64,000 nucleotides of DNA from Bacteroidales bacterium (GCA_024402095.1 JAKSJU010000001.1:21248-85247), one strand, 5' to 3'; numbered from the stretch's first letter, positions 18,326 through 28,651 are shown. Program-made: numbers and translations. The notes: generated from the letters alone by a model not told the origin.

Positions 18326-19888
18326 ATGGAAGTCGAAAACGTACAGAAAGATCTCGTAGTGGATGTCGCACCCGAAGAGGTGCGGCTTGCTCTGCTTGAG
18401 GGCAATCGCCTGATAGAATACAGCAGGGAATCCACGAAGGGAGAAAGCTATTCGGTCGGTGACGTGTTCCTCGGTAGAGTGAAGAAACTGTTGCCGTCCC
18501 TGAATGCCGCTTTCGTCGATATCGGAGACAGCAAGGAAGCCTTCATCCATTATCTCGACCTTGGACTTTATTTCACGGCTTTCGACAGATTCGTGCGTGA
18601 AAGCAATCCGAACAGAGATTTGTCCGACTTGTACTCCAATATTCCTCTGGGCCCTATCCTGGCGAAGGAGGGGCGTGCCGAGGATTATCTCAAGCCGGGA
18701 CAGATGGTGATGGTACAGATTGTCAAGGAACCTATTTCGACGAAGGGGTCCAGACTTACTGCAGAAATCTCATTGGCCGGACGCAACATTGTACTGCTGC
18801 CTTTCGCTCAAAAGGTCAGCGTTTCTCAGAAAATCGCCTCGAAAGAGGAGAAAAAAAGACTTGAGTCGCTTGTCACAAGCATCCTTCCGCGCAATTACGG
18901 AGCTATCATACGCACTGCTGCAGAAGGGAAGAATGCTGCCATACTGGTGGGTGAACTCCGCTCTCTGATACAGAAGTGGGAGTCATCCTGGAAAAAGCTG
19001 GCCAGGTCAAAGGGAGTCGGCTTGCTCTTCAGCGAGAACTCCAAGACTACAACAATCCTCCGCGACTTGCTGAATGATTCGTTCTCAAACGTTTACGTGA
19101 ACGATCCGGCTGTCTGCGAGGAGACAAGGAATTATATCTCCCTGATTTCTCCGGAGCAGGAGAAGATAGTGAAGCTCTACAACGGCAAGGAACCGATATT
19201 CGACCATTTCGACGTCACCCGCCAGATAAAGAGCTCATTCGGGAAGATTGTACCGATGCAGCGTGGAACTTACCTTGTCATCGAGACCACCGAGGCTCTC
19301 AATGTGATAGATGTCAACAGCGGCATCCGTGCAAAATCAAGTGACCAGGAGGAAAACACCTTCGAGGTCAACAAAATAGCGGCGGAAGAGATTGCAAGGC
19401 AGCTGAGGCTGCGTGATATGGGTGGCATTGTCATCGTCGATTTCATCGATATGGAGACACCCGCCCACAGGAACGAACTCTTCAACTATATGGTGCAGCT
19501 GATGTCATCCGACAGGGCAAAGCACAATGTGCTGCCGCTGACCAAATTCGGCCTCATGCAGATCACAAGGCAGAGAATTCGTCCTGTGACCAAAATCGAC
19601 ACGGCCGAGCAGTGCCCTCTGTGCCACGGAAGCGGAAAGATTGCTGCATCCATGGCGATAGACAGGGAAATAGAGGAGAAACTGTCATATTTCGTCGTTG
19701 ACAAGGGGATCAGAAACCTTACTTTAAGGGTTAGCCCTATTCTCGGGCCATACCTCACCAACGGATTCAACAGTTTTGTCCGCCAGTGGAAACGAAAGTA
19801 CAAATGCAAGCTGAAACTTGTTGAAATTTCAAGTTTCAGTGTCCTTCAAAATGAATTTCTTAATGAGAAAGGAGAGGTACTCGATTAG
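18326..19888 (+). CDS. rng: Ribonuclease E/G family
   Basis: S1 domain (NAAFVDIG), KEPISTKG, IDVNSG, RLRDMGGIVIVDFIDM, CPLCHGSG. Confidence 0.93.
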   Translation: MEVENVQKDLVVDVAPEEVRLALLEGNRLIEYSRESTKGESYSVGDVFLGRVKKLLPSLNAAFVDIGDSKEAFIHYLDLGLYFTAFDRFVRESNPNRDLSDLYSNIPLGPILAKEGRAEDYLKPGQMVMVQIVKEPISTKGSRLTAEISLAGRNIVLLPFAQKVSVSQKIASKEEKKRLESLVTSILPRNYGAIIRTAAEGKNAAILVGELRSLIQKWESSWKKLARSKGVGLLFSENSKTTTILRDLLNDSFSNVYVNDPAVCEETRNYISLISPEQEKIVKLYNGKEPIFDHFDVTRQIKSSFGKIVPMQRGTYLVIETTEALNVIDVNSGIRAKSSDQEENTFEVNKIAAEEIARQLRLRDMGGIVIVDFIDMETPAHRNELFNYMVQLMSSDRAKHNVLPLTKFGLMQITRQRIRPVTKIDTAEQCPLCHGSGKIAASMAIDREIEEKLSYFVVDKGIRNLTLRVSPILGPYLTNGFNSFVRQWKRKYKCKLKLVEISSFSVLQNEFLNEKGEVLD

Positions 19889-19904
19889 AGTACCTCTTTT
19901 TTTT
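19873..19904 (+). terminator. Intrinsic terminator of rng
   Basis: Perfect stem AGAGGTACTC-gatta-GAGTACCTCT followed by a T-run. Confidence 0.85.
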
Positions 19905-19921
19905 ATATATTTGTCTTCGTT

Positions 19922-21064
19922 ATGAACCGTTCGAAAGTTTACTTTACCGACATGCATACCAAGGAGTATGGTGAAGGTCTTCCACTTAAATTAAAAACAC
20001 TTATCAGAGCCGCCGGCATCGGTGACATCGACTTCGAAGGAAAGTTCGTTGCGATCAAGATGCACTTCGGCGAGCTTGGAAACGTAGCGCACATCCGTCC
20101 TCAGTTTGCAAAATCCGTAGTTGACGTGGTCAAGGAACTGGGAGGAATCCCTTTCCTGACTGACTGCAATACGATGTATCCCGGAAACAGAAGACATGCC
20201 ATCGAGCATATCGAATGCGCCTGGGCAAACGGATTCTCTCCTATGTCCGTGGGTTGTCCGATTATCATTGCGGACGGTCTTAAGGGAACCGACGAGGCTT
20301 TGGTGCCGGTTGAAGGCGGAGAGTATGTAAAGGTTGCCAAGATAGGTCGCGCCATCATGGATGCTGATGTCTTCATCAGCCTCAACCACTTCAAAGGACA
20401 CAATTTCGCCTCCCTTGGCGGAGCGCTCAAGAATATAGGAATGGGTTCAGGCTCACGCGCAGGTAAAAAAGAGCAGCATACCAGCGGCAAGGCCCTGGTG
20501 GACGAGTCCCTGTGCCACGGGTGCAAGCAGTGTCTTAAGAACTGCGCAAACTCAGGTCTAGTGTTCGATGAGAAAAAGAAGAAGATGACAGTGGATTACG
20601 ACCATTGCATCGGTTGCGGAAACTGCCTGGGCGCATGCGTATTCAATGCCATAGGTTTCGAGGACAATGATGCCAACGAGCTGCTGTCCCGCAGAATAGC
20701 CGAGTATGCAAAGGCTGTCGTTGCAGGCAGACCTTCATTCCATATCAACCTTCTAATGGATATTTCTCCTAGCTGTGACTGCCATTGCGAGAATGACGTG
20801 CCTATGCTTCCTAATATCGGAATGCTGGCATCAACGGATCCTCTCGCCATTGATCAGGCCAGTGTGGATCTCTGCCAGAAGGAGCAGCCTCTGCCGGGAA
20901 GCCAGCTGTACAAGGCTGTGCACGGTGAACACTTTGTGGATCAGGGCAACCATTTCAACAATGTTCACCCTCTCAGCGATTGGAAAGCATGTTTCGAACA
21001 GGCTGAAAAGCTTGGTATCGGCTCACGCGAATACGAACTCATCAACGTATTCACAGCCAAATAA
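19922..21064 (+). CDS. DUF362 family Fe-S protein with 2x[4Fe-4S] ferredoxin domain
   Basis: VAIKMHFGE, HFKGH, GGALKNIGMG, CHGCKQC..C, CIGCGNC...C, CDC, DPLAIDQA. Confidence 0.85.
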   Translation: MNRSKVYFTDMHTKEYGEGLPLKLKTLIRAAGIGDIDFEGKFVAIKMHFGELGNVAHIRPQFAKSVVDVVKELGGIPFLTDCNTMYPGNRRHAIEHIECAWANGFSPMSVGCPIIIADGLKGTDEALVPVEGGEYVKVAKIGRAIMDADVFISLNHFKGHNFASLGGALKNIGMGSGSRAGKKEQHTSGKALVDESLCHGCKQCLKNCANSGLVFDEKKKKMTVDYDHCIGCGNCLGACVFNAIGFEDNDANELLSRRIAEYAKAVVAGRPSFHINLLMDISPSCDCHCENDVPMLPNIGMLASTDPLAIDQASVDLCQKEQPLPGSQLYKAVHGEHFVDQGNHFNNVHPLSDWKACFEQAEKLGIGSREYELINVFTAK

Positions 21065-21069
21065 TCAGA

Positions 21070-21453
21070 TTAATCCATTGAATCCATAAGAGCGTCGAGT
21101 TCCCGGCGCTCTTTTTTTGTCGGCCTTCCGGTGCCGCGGTCTCTCTTGAGCACTATGGTCTCGCGGGGCGCGTGCAGCTTTGAAAGTTCTGATTCAGGAG
21201 TCAGATTCTCCGCATAGTCAGGCACCAGAGGGGCGCCCATGCGGTTTTCGCTGAGCTGCAACACTTTATATGTATACAGGACTGACCCTTTGCGTATTTC
21301 AATGACATCCCCTGTCTTGACGGCCTTTGATGGCTTGGCATTGGTGCCGCCGATTTTGACTTTGTTGCCGTTGCAGGCATCAGTCGCCTCAGACCTTGTC
21401 TTGAATACCCGGATGGCCCAGAGGTATTTGTCTATTCTGCAGCTGTCTGACAT
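21070..21453 (-). CDS. hslR: S4 RNA-binding heat-shock protein Hsp15
   Basis: RIDKYLWAIRVFKTRS and GRPTKKERR. Confidence 0.9.
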   Translation of the reverse strand: MSDSCRIDKYLWAIRVFKTRSEATDACNGNKVKIGGTNAKPSKAVKTGDVIEIRKGSVLYTYKVLQLSENRMGAPLVPDYAENLTPESELSKLHAPRETIVLKRDRGTGRPTKKERRELDALMDSMD

Positions 21454-21456
21454 AAT

Positions 21457-22500
21457 TTAGCTTGGAAAGTTAAAGCGTTTCTCTATCGGGTCCTCTTCTT
21501 CCGGGAGGCTTGCGGGTACGTCAGGATTGATATATGGATCCGGCTCGTCGCAGTCGGGAAGCGTAACTTCAAGTATCCTGGTGCCTTTCTGTGTCGGGAC
21601 AAGCATGAAATCCGGACATTCCGCAGGGACAAGCATGGTCTCGCCTTCATTCAGTTCGAATACTGCAGTCTGCCCCAGTATGTCCATCTGTATGGCTGCA
21701 CCGCCGCAGATGCAGTTGTACAGCGTGAATGAATCGAAATCCTCGGAAGAAATCTTCAGCGGGTCATCCGCGTACACCTTGGCGACTGTGAACTGCGGGA
21801 TTGACAGTATCTTGCGCACCACTCCGGCTTTCTCTTCGCTGACGGCTCCGTCATATCTGCGGTAGTTGATGAAATCCAGGGCGTCCACCAGACCGAGGGA
21901 AGGATCGAATTCCTCTTCCGATACCTCGGCTCCCCATCCGCACATACAGAAATCAAGAGGGGAGGACTCACTCACCTCGATGATGAGCATTTCACCGCTT
22001 GCAGCGTGAGGTACGCCTGGCTCGATTCTGATGTATTCCCCTGCCTTAGGAGTGAAGGTGTTGAGGATGTCGCCTATACTGTTGTCAAGGCATTTTGAAT
22101 AGACGGCTTCGGCATCGGTGTCTTCGCTGAAACCTATCATGAGCCTGGCGTCCCTGCCTGCCTTGGCTACGTACCATAGCTTTTCCCTGCCGAGAAGATC
22201 GTATCTCTGGGAGGCGGTCTCGTCGTCAGGATGGACTCTGAGAGGCATCCTGCCGGTGACGTGGATGTATTTCAACTGAACAGGGAACTGTCTTCCGTAG
22301 GAGCCGAAGACATTGTCCCCGACAACTCGGTCCATATATGTGTCCATTACTTCGGAGACAGAATTTCCCGCAAGCCATCCGTCCCTTACCAGAGTATCCC
22401 TGTAGCCGAGGTCCGCCAGCTTGAACTCATCCTGTCCCCAACCGTATTCATCCAGAATCGTGCAGATTCTGAAAGGATATAATTTCTTTTCATCTTCCAT
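21457..22500 (-). CDS. Phosphomannose isomerase type I-like cupin (divergent active site)
   Basis: FPVQLKYI, RVHPDD, LWYV, PGVPHA. Start moved to ATG 22500. Confidence 0.7.
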   Translation of the reverse strand: MEDEKKLYPFRICTILDEYGWGQDEFKLADLGYRDTLVRDGWLAGNSVSEVMDTYMDRVVGDNVFGSYGRQFPVQLKYIHVTGRMPLRVHPDDETASQRYDLLGREKLWYVAKAGRDARLMIGFSEDTDAEAVYSKCLDNSIGDILNTFTPKAGEYIRIEPGVPHAASGEMLIIEVSESSPLDFCMCGWGAEVSEEEFDPSLGLVDALDFINYRRYDGAVSEEKAGVVRKILSIPQFTVAKVYADDPLKISSEDFDSFTLYNCICGGAAIQMDILGQTAVFELNEGETMLVPAECPDFMLVPTQKGTRILEVTLPDCDEPDPYINPDVPASLPEEEDPIEKRFNFPS

Positions 22501-22543
22501 ATCAGAGACAAAAATACGCAATTAATATTTATATTTGAACGTT

Positions 22544-23122
22544 ATGAAGGGTGTTAATATTTTTTTGGCGGACGGCTTCGAGGATATGGAGGCCCTTGCC
22601 ACCAACGACGTTCTCCGGAGAGGCGGCGTGAAGACTCAGCTGGTTTCTGTTTCCGATGATCCGTTCGTATGCTCGTCAAGGGGCGTTACTATCGGAGTGG
22701 AGTCTTTCCTCAGCGATTTTGACGGGAATCACAGGGGTACCGACGCCCGTGACGTCATGATATTCCCCGGAGGTATGCCCGGCTCGAAGAATCTTGCCGC
22801 ATGCAAGCCTCTGATCAAAGCAATGAGGGATCATTATGCTGCAGGAGGTACTCTGGCTGCTATCTGTGCTGCGCCTGGCCTTGTCCTCAGCCAGCTGTCG
22901 GATGACCTGAGCGGGCTCGAATTCACCTGCTTCGACGGTTTTGAGACATATCTCCAGGAGAAAGGGGCGAAGTTCGTACCCGCTCCGGCAGTCACCAGCG
23001 GAAGAGTGATCACCGGTCGCAGTGCCGGGCATTCAATCAGTTTCGGACTTCAGATTCTTGACCGTGTCAAGGATGCGGCTACCGTGAAAGAAGTCGATTT
23101 CTCCCTGCACTTAGTGAAATGA
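22544..23122 (+). CDS. DJ-1/PfpI (YajL/ThiJ) family protein
   Basis: LADGFEDMEA, DVLRRGG, FPGGMPG, AAICAAP. Confidence 0.9.
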   Translation: MKGVNIFLADGFEDMEALATNDVLRRGGVKTQLVSVSDDPFVCSSRGVTIGVESFLSDFDGNHRGTDARDVMIFPGGMPGSKNLAACKPLIKAMRDHYAAGGTLAAICAAPGLVLSQLSDDLSGLEFTCFDGFETYLQEKGAKFVPAPAVTSGRVITGRSAGHSISFGLQILDRVKDAATVKEVDFSLHLVK

Positions 23123-24212
23123 TGAACCCTATCGCCGTCACAGCGGCGGCGGTGAGCAGTACGTCAGTCCATTGTAGAGCTACCGGGTAGGCATCCACGA
23201 GATAGTTGCCCGGCAGTTTGACTATACCGAACCTGGACTGGATGACTACTGTCAGTATTCCCACCACAAGACCGGAAACCATTCCCAGCAGGGAAATGAG
23301 CCATCCTTCCAAGGCAAATATCTTCCTGATGAGCTTGTCGTCCGCGCCGAGGGCGTGAAGGGTATCGATGTCTCCCTGTTTCTCGATGATCAGCATTGAC
23401 AGGGAACCGAAGATGTTCAGAGAGATTATGATGACGATGAAAATGAGAATCAGGTATATTGCAGCCTTTTCATATTTCATCATTTTATATATTTCAGGGT
23501 GCTGGTGATATCTGTCCAGAATCACGAAATCATTCCCGAGGTCCAATGCCGCCCCGGCGCGGCCTCGCAGTTCGACCGCTGTGAATTCATCCTCACCATA
23601 GCCCAGAAGGGTCCGCATCAGCTCTATGGGGACGATAACCAGGTCGTTGTCGAATTCGGTGGTGGAAGTGAAAATGTCCACTGGCTTTACTCTGACATTG
23701 TTGAGTGCGGCTTCCGGGTTGACAGGAGAGAATTTTGCATTCCTGTCGGGGAAATAGAGAAAAGCGTTTTCAACGAATCTTGGATTGATTCCGAGCTCTG
23801 ATGCAATGCCGGGTCCGAATTTGGCCCTTGCTATGTCTCCGAGCCACAGGGATGAGCTGTCGGAACTCTCCACTCCTCTGGCTTTGGCGAACCCCTGGTT
23901 GCCTCCATATGTTATGAATACGCTTTCTTCGATTATGCCGGATATACTGAACGTCTCAGCCAGAGCGGATAACGGCAGATCCGACCCGTTGAATGTCTTT
24001 CCTTCGGAAGGCAATATCAGATAATCAGGGTCGGACTCGCTCAGATTCTGCCTGATGATATTGTCGAAGCCGTTGTAAACGGAGAGAATGATAATCAAGG
24101 CGGCCGTACCTATCGCCATGCCTGTGGCACTGATCGCCGAAATGATATTTATGACATTGTGACTCTTCTTGGCGAACAGGTAACGTTTGGCGATATAGAG
24201 AGACAGTTTCAC
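23079..24212 (-). CDS. FtsX/LolE-like ABC permease (lipoprotein release)
   Basis: IAKRYLFAKKSHNVINII, LSVYNGF, EK..DI.TL.ALGA, IFALEG. Confidence 0.82.
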   Translation of the reverse strand: MKLSLYIAKRYLFAKKSHNVINIISAISATGMAIGTAALIIILSVYNGFDNIIRQNLSESDPDYLILPSEGKTFNGSDLPLSALAETFSISGIIEESVFITYGGNQGFAKARGVESSDSSSLWLGDIARAKFGPGIASELGINPRFVENAFLYFPDRNAKFSPVNPEAALNNVRVKPVDIFTSTTEFDNDLVIVPIELMRTLLGYGEDEFTAVELRGRAGAALDLGNDFVILDRYHQHPEIYKMMKYEKAAIYLILIFIVIIISLNIFGSLSMLIIEKQGDIDTLHALGADDKLIRKIFALEGWLISLLGMVSGLVVGILTVVIQSRFGIVKLPGNYLVDAYPVALQWTDVLLTAAAVTAIGFIISLSAGRNRLLSR

Positions 24213-24553
24213 TTCTTGAGGAGTTCGTCTATGTGCTCAGCGTAGTCAAGAGTGGTGTCCAGATAGAAAACGATGTCAGGGACAATCCTGAGCTGCTTTG
24301 CCACCATACGGCCGAGTTCTCCGCGATAGACCCTTATGTTCTCCTCGAGAATCTTCATTACCTCCTGCTGCTTGGCGGAGGGGAATATGCTTACGTAGGT
24401 TTTGGCTATGCTGAGGTCCGGGCTGACCCTGACTTCACTTACCGTGACCATGGCGCCTCCGAAAACGGCCATACCCTTGCTTCTGATTATCTCTGCAAGG
24501 TCTTTCTGGATCTCTCTTGCGACTTTGAGCTGTCTGGTGGTGTATCCTTCCAT
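24209..24553 (-). CDS. rbfA: Ribosome-binding factor A
   Basis: VTVSEVRVSPDLSIAKTYVS and LRIVPDIVFYLD. Confidence 0.95.
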   Translation of the reverse strand: MEGYTTRQLKVAREIQKDLAEIIRSKGMAVFGGAMVTVSEVRVSPDLSIAKTYVSIFPSAKQQEVMKILEENIRVYRGELGRMVAKQLRIVPDIVFYLDTTLDYAEHIDELLKK

Positions 24554-25843
24554 CTATTTGATATTGACGATATAATAGTCTTTCTTCCCTTTCTGGACAA
24601 GAATGTACTTGCCATCGATGATATCCTTTTCGCTAACCTCGTATGCCGGGTCGGTGACTTTATCCTTGTTGATGCTGAAACCGTTGCCCTGAATCATCTT
24701 GCGTGCTTCGCCCTTGGATGCGAAAACTGTGGTCTCCACTGCGAGGAAATCCAGGATTCCAAGAGGAAGCCTTCCTCTCTCTACATCGAAGGTAGGAACT
24801 CCGTCGAATACTGCAAGGAAAGTCCTTTCGTCAAGCTTGCGCAGGTCCTCCGACGTGGATTTGCCGAACAGCATCTGGGATGCACTCACTGCATTCTCGT
24901 ACTCTTTCTCGCCATGGACCATAATGGTTACCTCCTTTGCGAGAAGTTTCTGCAGTTTTCTCTGGCCGGGATCCTCGCGGTGTTCTGCAATTGCGGACTC
25001 GATTGTCTCCCTGTCCAGCATGGTGAAAATCTTGATGTATTTCTCTGCATCCTCGTCGCTGACGTTGAGCCAGAACTGATAGAACTGGTATGGAGTGGTG
25101 CGCTCCGGGTCAAGCCAGATATTGCCTTTTTCAGTCTTGCCGAATTTACCTCCGTCCGCCTTGGTGATCAGAGGGCAGGTGAGGGCGAAGGCCTCGCCTC
25201 CGTTGCGGCGGCGGATCATTTCGGTTCCTGTGGTGATGTTGCCCCACTGGTCAGCGCCTCCGAGCTGGAGCTTCACTCCGTAATTCTCATAAAGATAAAG
25301 GAAATCGTAGCCCTGGAGCAGCTGGTACGTGAATTCCGTGAAGGACATGCCTTCGCGTGATTCAGTGCTGAGACGCTTCTTGACTGAGTCCTTTGCCATC
25401 ATATAGTTGACGGTAATCATCTTTCCGATGTCCCTTGTGAAATCGATGAATGTGTAGTCCTTCATCCAGTCATAGTTGTTCACGAGCTCGGCCTTGTTCG
25501 GGGCGTCGGACTCGAAGTCGAGGAATTTTGACAACTGTGCCTTGATGCACTTGACATTGTGCTGGAGAGTCTCGTTGTCGAGGAGATTCCTTTCCTGAGA
25601 CTTCATCGAAGGGTCTCCAATCATTCCGGTAGCTCCTCCCACCAGGGCGAAAGGCTTGTTCCCGCACGCCTGGAAATGCTTGAGAATCATTATGCTCACG
25701 AGATGACCGATATGCAGCGAGTCACCTGTAGGGTCGATTCCTACGTATGCTGACATGGGACCTTTCTTGAGTTCTTCTTCAGTGCCCGGCATAATGCTGT
25801 GGATCATGCCTCTCCATTTGAGTTCTTCTACAAAATTCTTCAT
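24554..25843 (-). CDS. tyrS: Tyrosine--tRNA ligase
   Basis: [28 protein letters not shown] and a C-terminal S4 domain. Confidence 0.98.
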   Translation of the reverse strand: MKNFVEELKWRGMIHSIMPGTEEELKKGPMSAYVGIDPTGDSLHIGHLVSIMILKHFQACGNKPFALVGGATGMIGDPSMKSQERNLLDNETLQHNVKCIKAQLSKFLDFESDAPNKAELVNNYDWMKDYTFIDFTRDIGKMITVNYMMAKDSVKKRLSTESREGMSFTEFTYQLLQGYDFLYLYENYGVKLQLGGADQWGNITTGTEMIRRRNGGEAFALTCPLITKADGGKFGKTEKGNIWLDPERTTPYQFYQFWLNVSDEDAEKYIKIFTMLDRETIESAIAEHREDPGQRKLQKLLAKEVTIMVHGEKEYENAVSASQMLFGKSTSEDLRKLDERTFLAVFDGVPTFDVERGRLPLGILDFLAVETTVFASKGEARKMIQGNGFSINKDKVTDPAYEVSEKDIIDGKYILVQKGKKDYYIVNIK

Positions 25844-25865
25844 CGATTGATTTTATTATAGCTCA

Positions 25866-25882
25866 CAAATTTACTAAATTTG
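25866..25882. promoter_or_regulatory. Back-to-back -7 elements for tyrS and tpiA
   Basis: CAAATTTA-c-TAAATTTG, i.e. TAAATTTG on both strands. Confidence 0.7.
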
Positions 25883-25917
25883 CGTCGCAATTTGAAATAA
25901 ACAAACGCATATATAAA

Positions 25918-26673
25918 ATGAGAAAGAAAATTGTTGCCGGCAACTGGAAAATGAACACTACAGTTCCGGAAGGTATCGAGCTCCTTAAAGCCGTTGTTGC
26001 AAAGTCAAACGAGGTTCCAGCTGAAGTTGGACTTATAGTTGCTGCTCCTCACACTCATCTCTGCTGCCTTTCTGAGGTACTTGAGGGATCAAAGGTTGAA
26101 CTTTCTGCACAGAACTGCGCAGATCACGTTTCCGGAGCATACACAGGAGAGATTTCCGTGAACATGCTCAAGTCAGTGGGCTGCCAGTGGACAATCCTCG
26201 GACATTCAGAGCGCCGTCAGTATTACGGTGAGACGGACGAGAAACTCGTGGAGAAGACAAAGCTTGCTCTTGAGGCCGGCCTCGGAGTTATTCTCTGTGT
26301 AGGTGAGAATCTTGACGAGAGAGAGGCTGGAAAGCATTTTGACGTTTGCTCTGCTCAGATAAAGAATGTCCTCTACAACTTCAGCGCTGAGGATATGAAG
26401 AAGATTATCGTAGCCTATGAGCCTGTATGGGCAATCGGAACAGGCAAGACCGCTACTGCCGAGCAGGCTGAGGAAATACATGCACATATCCGTAAGGTGC
26501 TTGCCGACAAGTTCGGTGCACAGGTGGCTGAGGATACAACCATCCTTTACGGAGGAAGCTGCAAGCCTTCAAACGCACGCGAACTTTTCGCTCAGAAGGA
26601 TATCGACGGTGGACTTATCGGTGGAGCAGCCCTCAAGGCTGATGACTTCATCGCTATCGCTCAGTCATATTAA
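25918..26673 (+). CDS. tpiA: Triose-phosphate isomerase
   Basis: VAGNWKMN, GHSERR, AYEPVWAIGTG, LYGGS, GGLIGGA. Confidence 0.98.
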   Translation: MRKKIVAGNWKMNTTVPEGIELLKAVVAKSNEVPAEVGLIVAAPHTHLCCLSEVLEGSKVELSAQNCADHVSGAYTGEISVNMLKSVGCQWTILGHSERRQYYGETDEKLVEKTKLALEAGLGVILCVGENLDEREAGKHFDVCSAQIKNVLYNFSAEDMKKIIVAYEPVWAIGTGKTATAEQAEEIHAHIRKVLADKFGAQVAEDTTILYGGSCKPSNARELFAQKDIDGGLIGGAALKADDFIAIAQSY

Positions 26674-27078
26674 TCACAGATAGCTCACTACGACAGCTAT
26701 TCCGGCCGTCGCATTCCAGAGCCATAATTTCCCGCCTTCAAGTCTTACTGCCTTGAAGGCGGTATTGTTAAGTGTACCGCTACCTTTTTCAGTGTTCCAG
26801 ATGATTTCCCCGCTGACTTCCTGGTTCAACGTGCTCGGAAAAGAGGACAGGCGGAGTGTGAAATAGTCGGACATGTTGTCCGTGAAGGCTCTGAACTCGT
26901 GCCTGCTGTTGTTATAAGCCATCTGGCAGCTTAGCGGGTCGTAGGTGAAGATTTCCTTACCGGACATAATAAGTCTGATTTCATCTGATTCGATGAATCT
27001 CGGGTCAAGTTCGTGCCTGATGCAGGAGCTTGACAGCAGCAGTGCGGCCGCCATGAAAAATATGCCCTTCAGTCTCAT
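26674..27078 (-). CDS. Hypothetical lipoprotein
   Basis: Lipoprotein-type signal (LLLSSSC) and a beta-rich mature part. ATGA overlap with the upstream protease. Confidence 0.65.
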   Translation of the reverse strand: MRLKGIFFMAAALLLSSSCIRHELDPRFIESDEIRLIMSGKEIFTYDPLSCQMAYNNSRHEFRAFTDNMSDYFTLRLSSFPSTLNQEVSGEIIWNTEKGSGTLNNTAFKAVRLEGGKLWLWNATAGIAVVVSYL

Positions 27079-28577
27079 CTGACAGTGATGGTTTTAGTGA
27101 TTATCTCTATAGAACCGTCCTCCCATTCTATTCTTGCACGCAGCTCCCCGTTCCTGTCCAAAGTGTAATATCCCGTCTTGCCGCAACTTATCTCCTTTCC
27201 GTCAAAAGTCCATCTGACGCTGACGGCGTCAGGCGCATTATAGACTCTCAACGGGATTGCGGTGCCCTTGACGAATGCTCCGTCCGCTGTCCTTTCCGCT
27301 CCGGTGAGGTGAATGTACGCTCTGACGTTGCTGTTGTATGCCTTTGTCCTGATGCCCGCGCTTTTGTTGAACGAGCCGTTTCTTATTTCTATCACATAGG
27401 AACTGGCGGGACGCAGATGCTCGAATGTGTAGGAGAACATGCCGTCATCGCTCCTGATCTCAACCGGATTCCCGCCTTCCATTGAGATTGAACATACGTT
27501 ATGCATGGCTTTCCACCTCACGATTGCGGCATCCTGATATTCGTCTATGGCGATTATTGAAATCGGTTCGATGACGTTGAACCCGTCGGCCGTGATGTCC
27601 GAAATGGCAAGAGGGCAGTCTTCAGGGCAGAAGATGTCGCATCCGTCAGATGGGAAGAAGCCCATGAGCTGGGCGCATTGATGTTTCGGGTTGCAGTTTA
27701 CTTCGTTGAGCTCCCAGCGCTGTGCTGCGGTGAGATTCTTGCGATAGTAGTCCGAATAGCCGGCATCTGATGCTGATCTGTCGACATGGTATATAGCAAT
27801 CCCTTTTCCGGCTACTCTTTCCAGAAGATAGCAGTTACCTTCAGTGAGTGTGTTCAGGACGTATCTGCATCCGTCTTCAGCCGAATAATGGCCTTTTTCG
27901 GCGATGACTGCCTTCCCTATGCCCAGTATCTCCTTCTCTACAGCGCAAAGCGGAACAGGCCGGTCCAGTTTGTCTTCCATGAGACAAGTCCCTCCCAACG
28001 CATAGGAAACGCCCCCGCTGAGTTCTCCGTCAGTGTCATACAGGTCCGGGAGTCCGAGAACGTGTCCGAACTCATGGCACAGATATCTCAAGCCTCCGGA
28101 TTCAGTGCTGACAGCATAAGAGTTGATTCTCTTTCCGTCTATGCTGAAAGTCTCCCCGCAGTCGTTTATGAAGTATCTGTGCGGCCAGATGAAATCTTCT
28201 CCAGCCCCTTCTATTTCGCTGCTCCCGGCCATGATGAGGTATACGTTGTCTACTTCAGAATCGCCGTCATTGTCATATTCGCCGAAGTCTATGCCCTCAG
28301 ACTTCATGCAGGCTTCCATCACTCCTTTATACAGCAGCTCGTCTTTTCTGGATGTTGAATTGTGCCCGTAGAAAGCGGTAGGCCGGTCCAGGTTGACGAC
28401 ATTGCCGAGACGGAATTCGAATCCTCCGTCGCGTCCGATTTCGCGATTGAAATATTCCTGGGCCTGAAGCAGTGTTGCGGAAAGTTCCTCCCGGGTGCAC
28501 GAAAATTCCGAATCCTGGCACTGTACCGGGATGAATATGGCTTTGAACACCGTCAATATGACTATCAGTGTATGCAC
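27075..28577 (-). CDS. M6 (immune inhibitor A) family metalloprotease
   Basis: YDNDGD..VD, IWPH, CHEFGHVLGLPDLYD, FN3-like region. GTG start. Confidence 0.8.
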   Translation of the reverse strand: MHTLIVILTVFKAIFIPVQCQDSEFSCTREELSATLLQAQEYFNREIGRDGGFEFRLGNVVNLDRPTAFYGHNSTSRKDELLYKGVMEACMKSEGIDFGEYDNDGDSEVDNVYLIMAGSSEIEGAGEDFIWPHRYFINDCGETFSIDGKRINSYAVSTESGGLRYLCHEFGHVLGLPDLYDTDGELSGGVSYALGGTCLMEDKLDRPVPLCAVEKEILGIGKAVIAEKGHYSAEDGCRYVLNTLTEGNCYLLERVAGKGIAIYHVDRSASDAGYSDYYRKNLTAAQRWELNEVNCNPKHQCAQLMGFFPSDGCDIFCPEDCPLAISDITADGFNVIEPISIIAIDEYQDAAIVRWKAMHNVCSISMEGGNPVEIRSDDGMFSYTFEHLRPASSYVIEIRNGSFNKSAGIRTKAYNSNVRAYIHLTGAERTADGAFVKGTAIPLRVYNAPDAVSVRWTFDGKEISCGKTGYYTLDRNGELRARIEWEDGSIEIITKTITVR

Positions 28578-28608
28578 GTGATGCCCTTTTCCGTGTAAAG
28601 GTACATAT

Positions 28609-28651
28609 AAAAAAGAAAAAAGCCGCAGGCCTTCCGGCCATGCGACTTTTT
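28609..28651 (-). terminator. Intrinsic terminator downstream of hc1
   Basis: Minus strand AAAAAGTCGCATGGCC-GGAA-GGCCTGCGGCTTTTTTCTTTTTT. Confidence 0.85.

Noticed and set aside
24233-25360. 375-aa ORF antisense to tyrS/rbfA, and similar long shadow ORFs opposite serS, rlmN, trpS, glnA and the DAGK-like gene
   Set aside because: These are antisense shadows of codon-biased genes, with no recognisable motifs or initiation signals.
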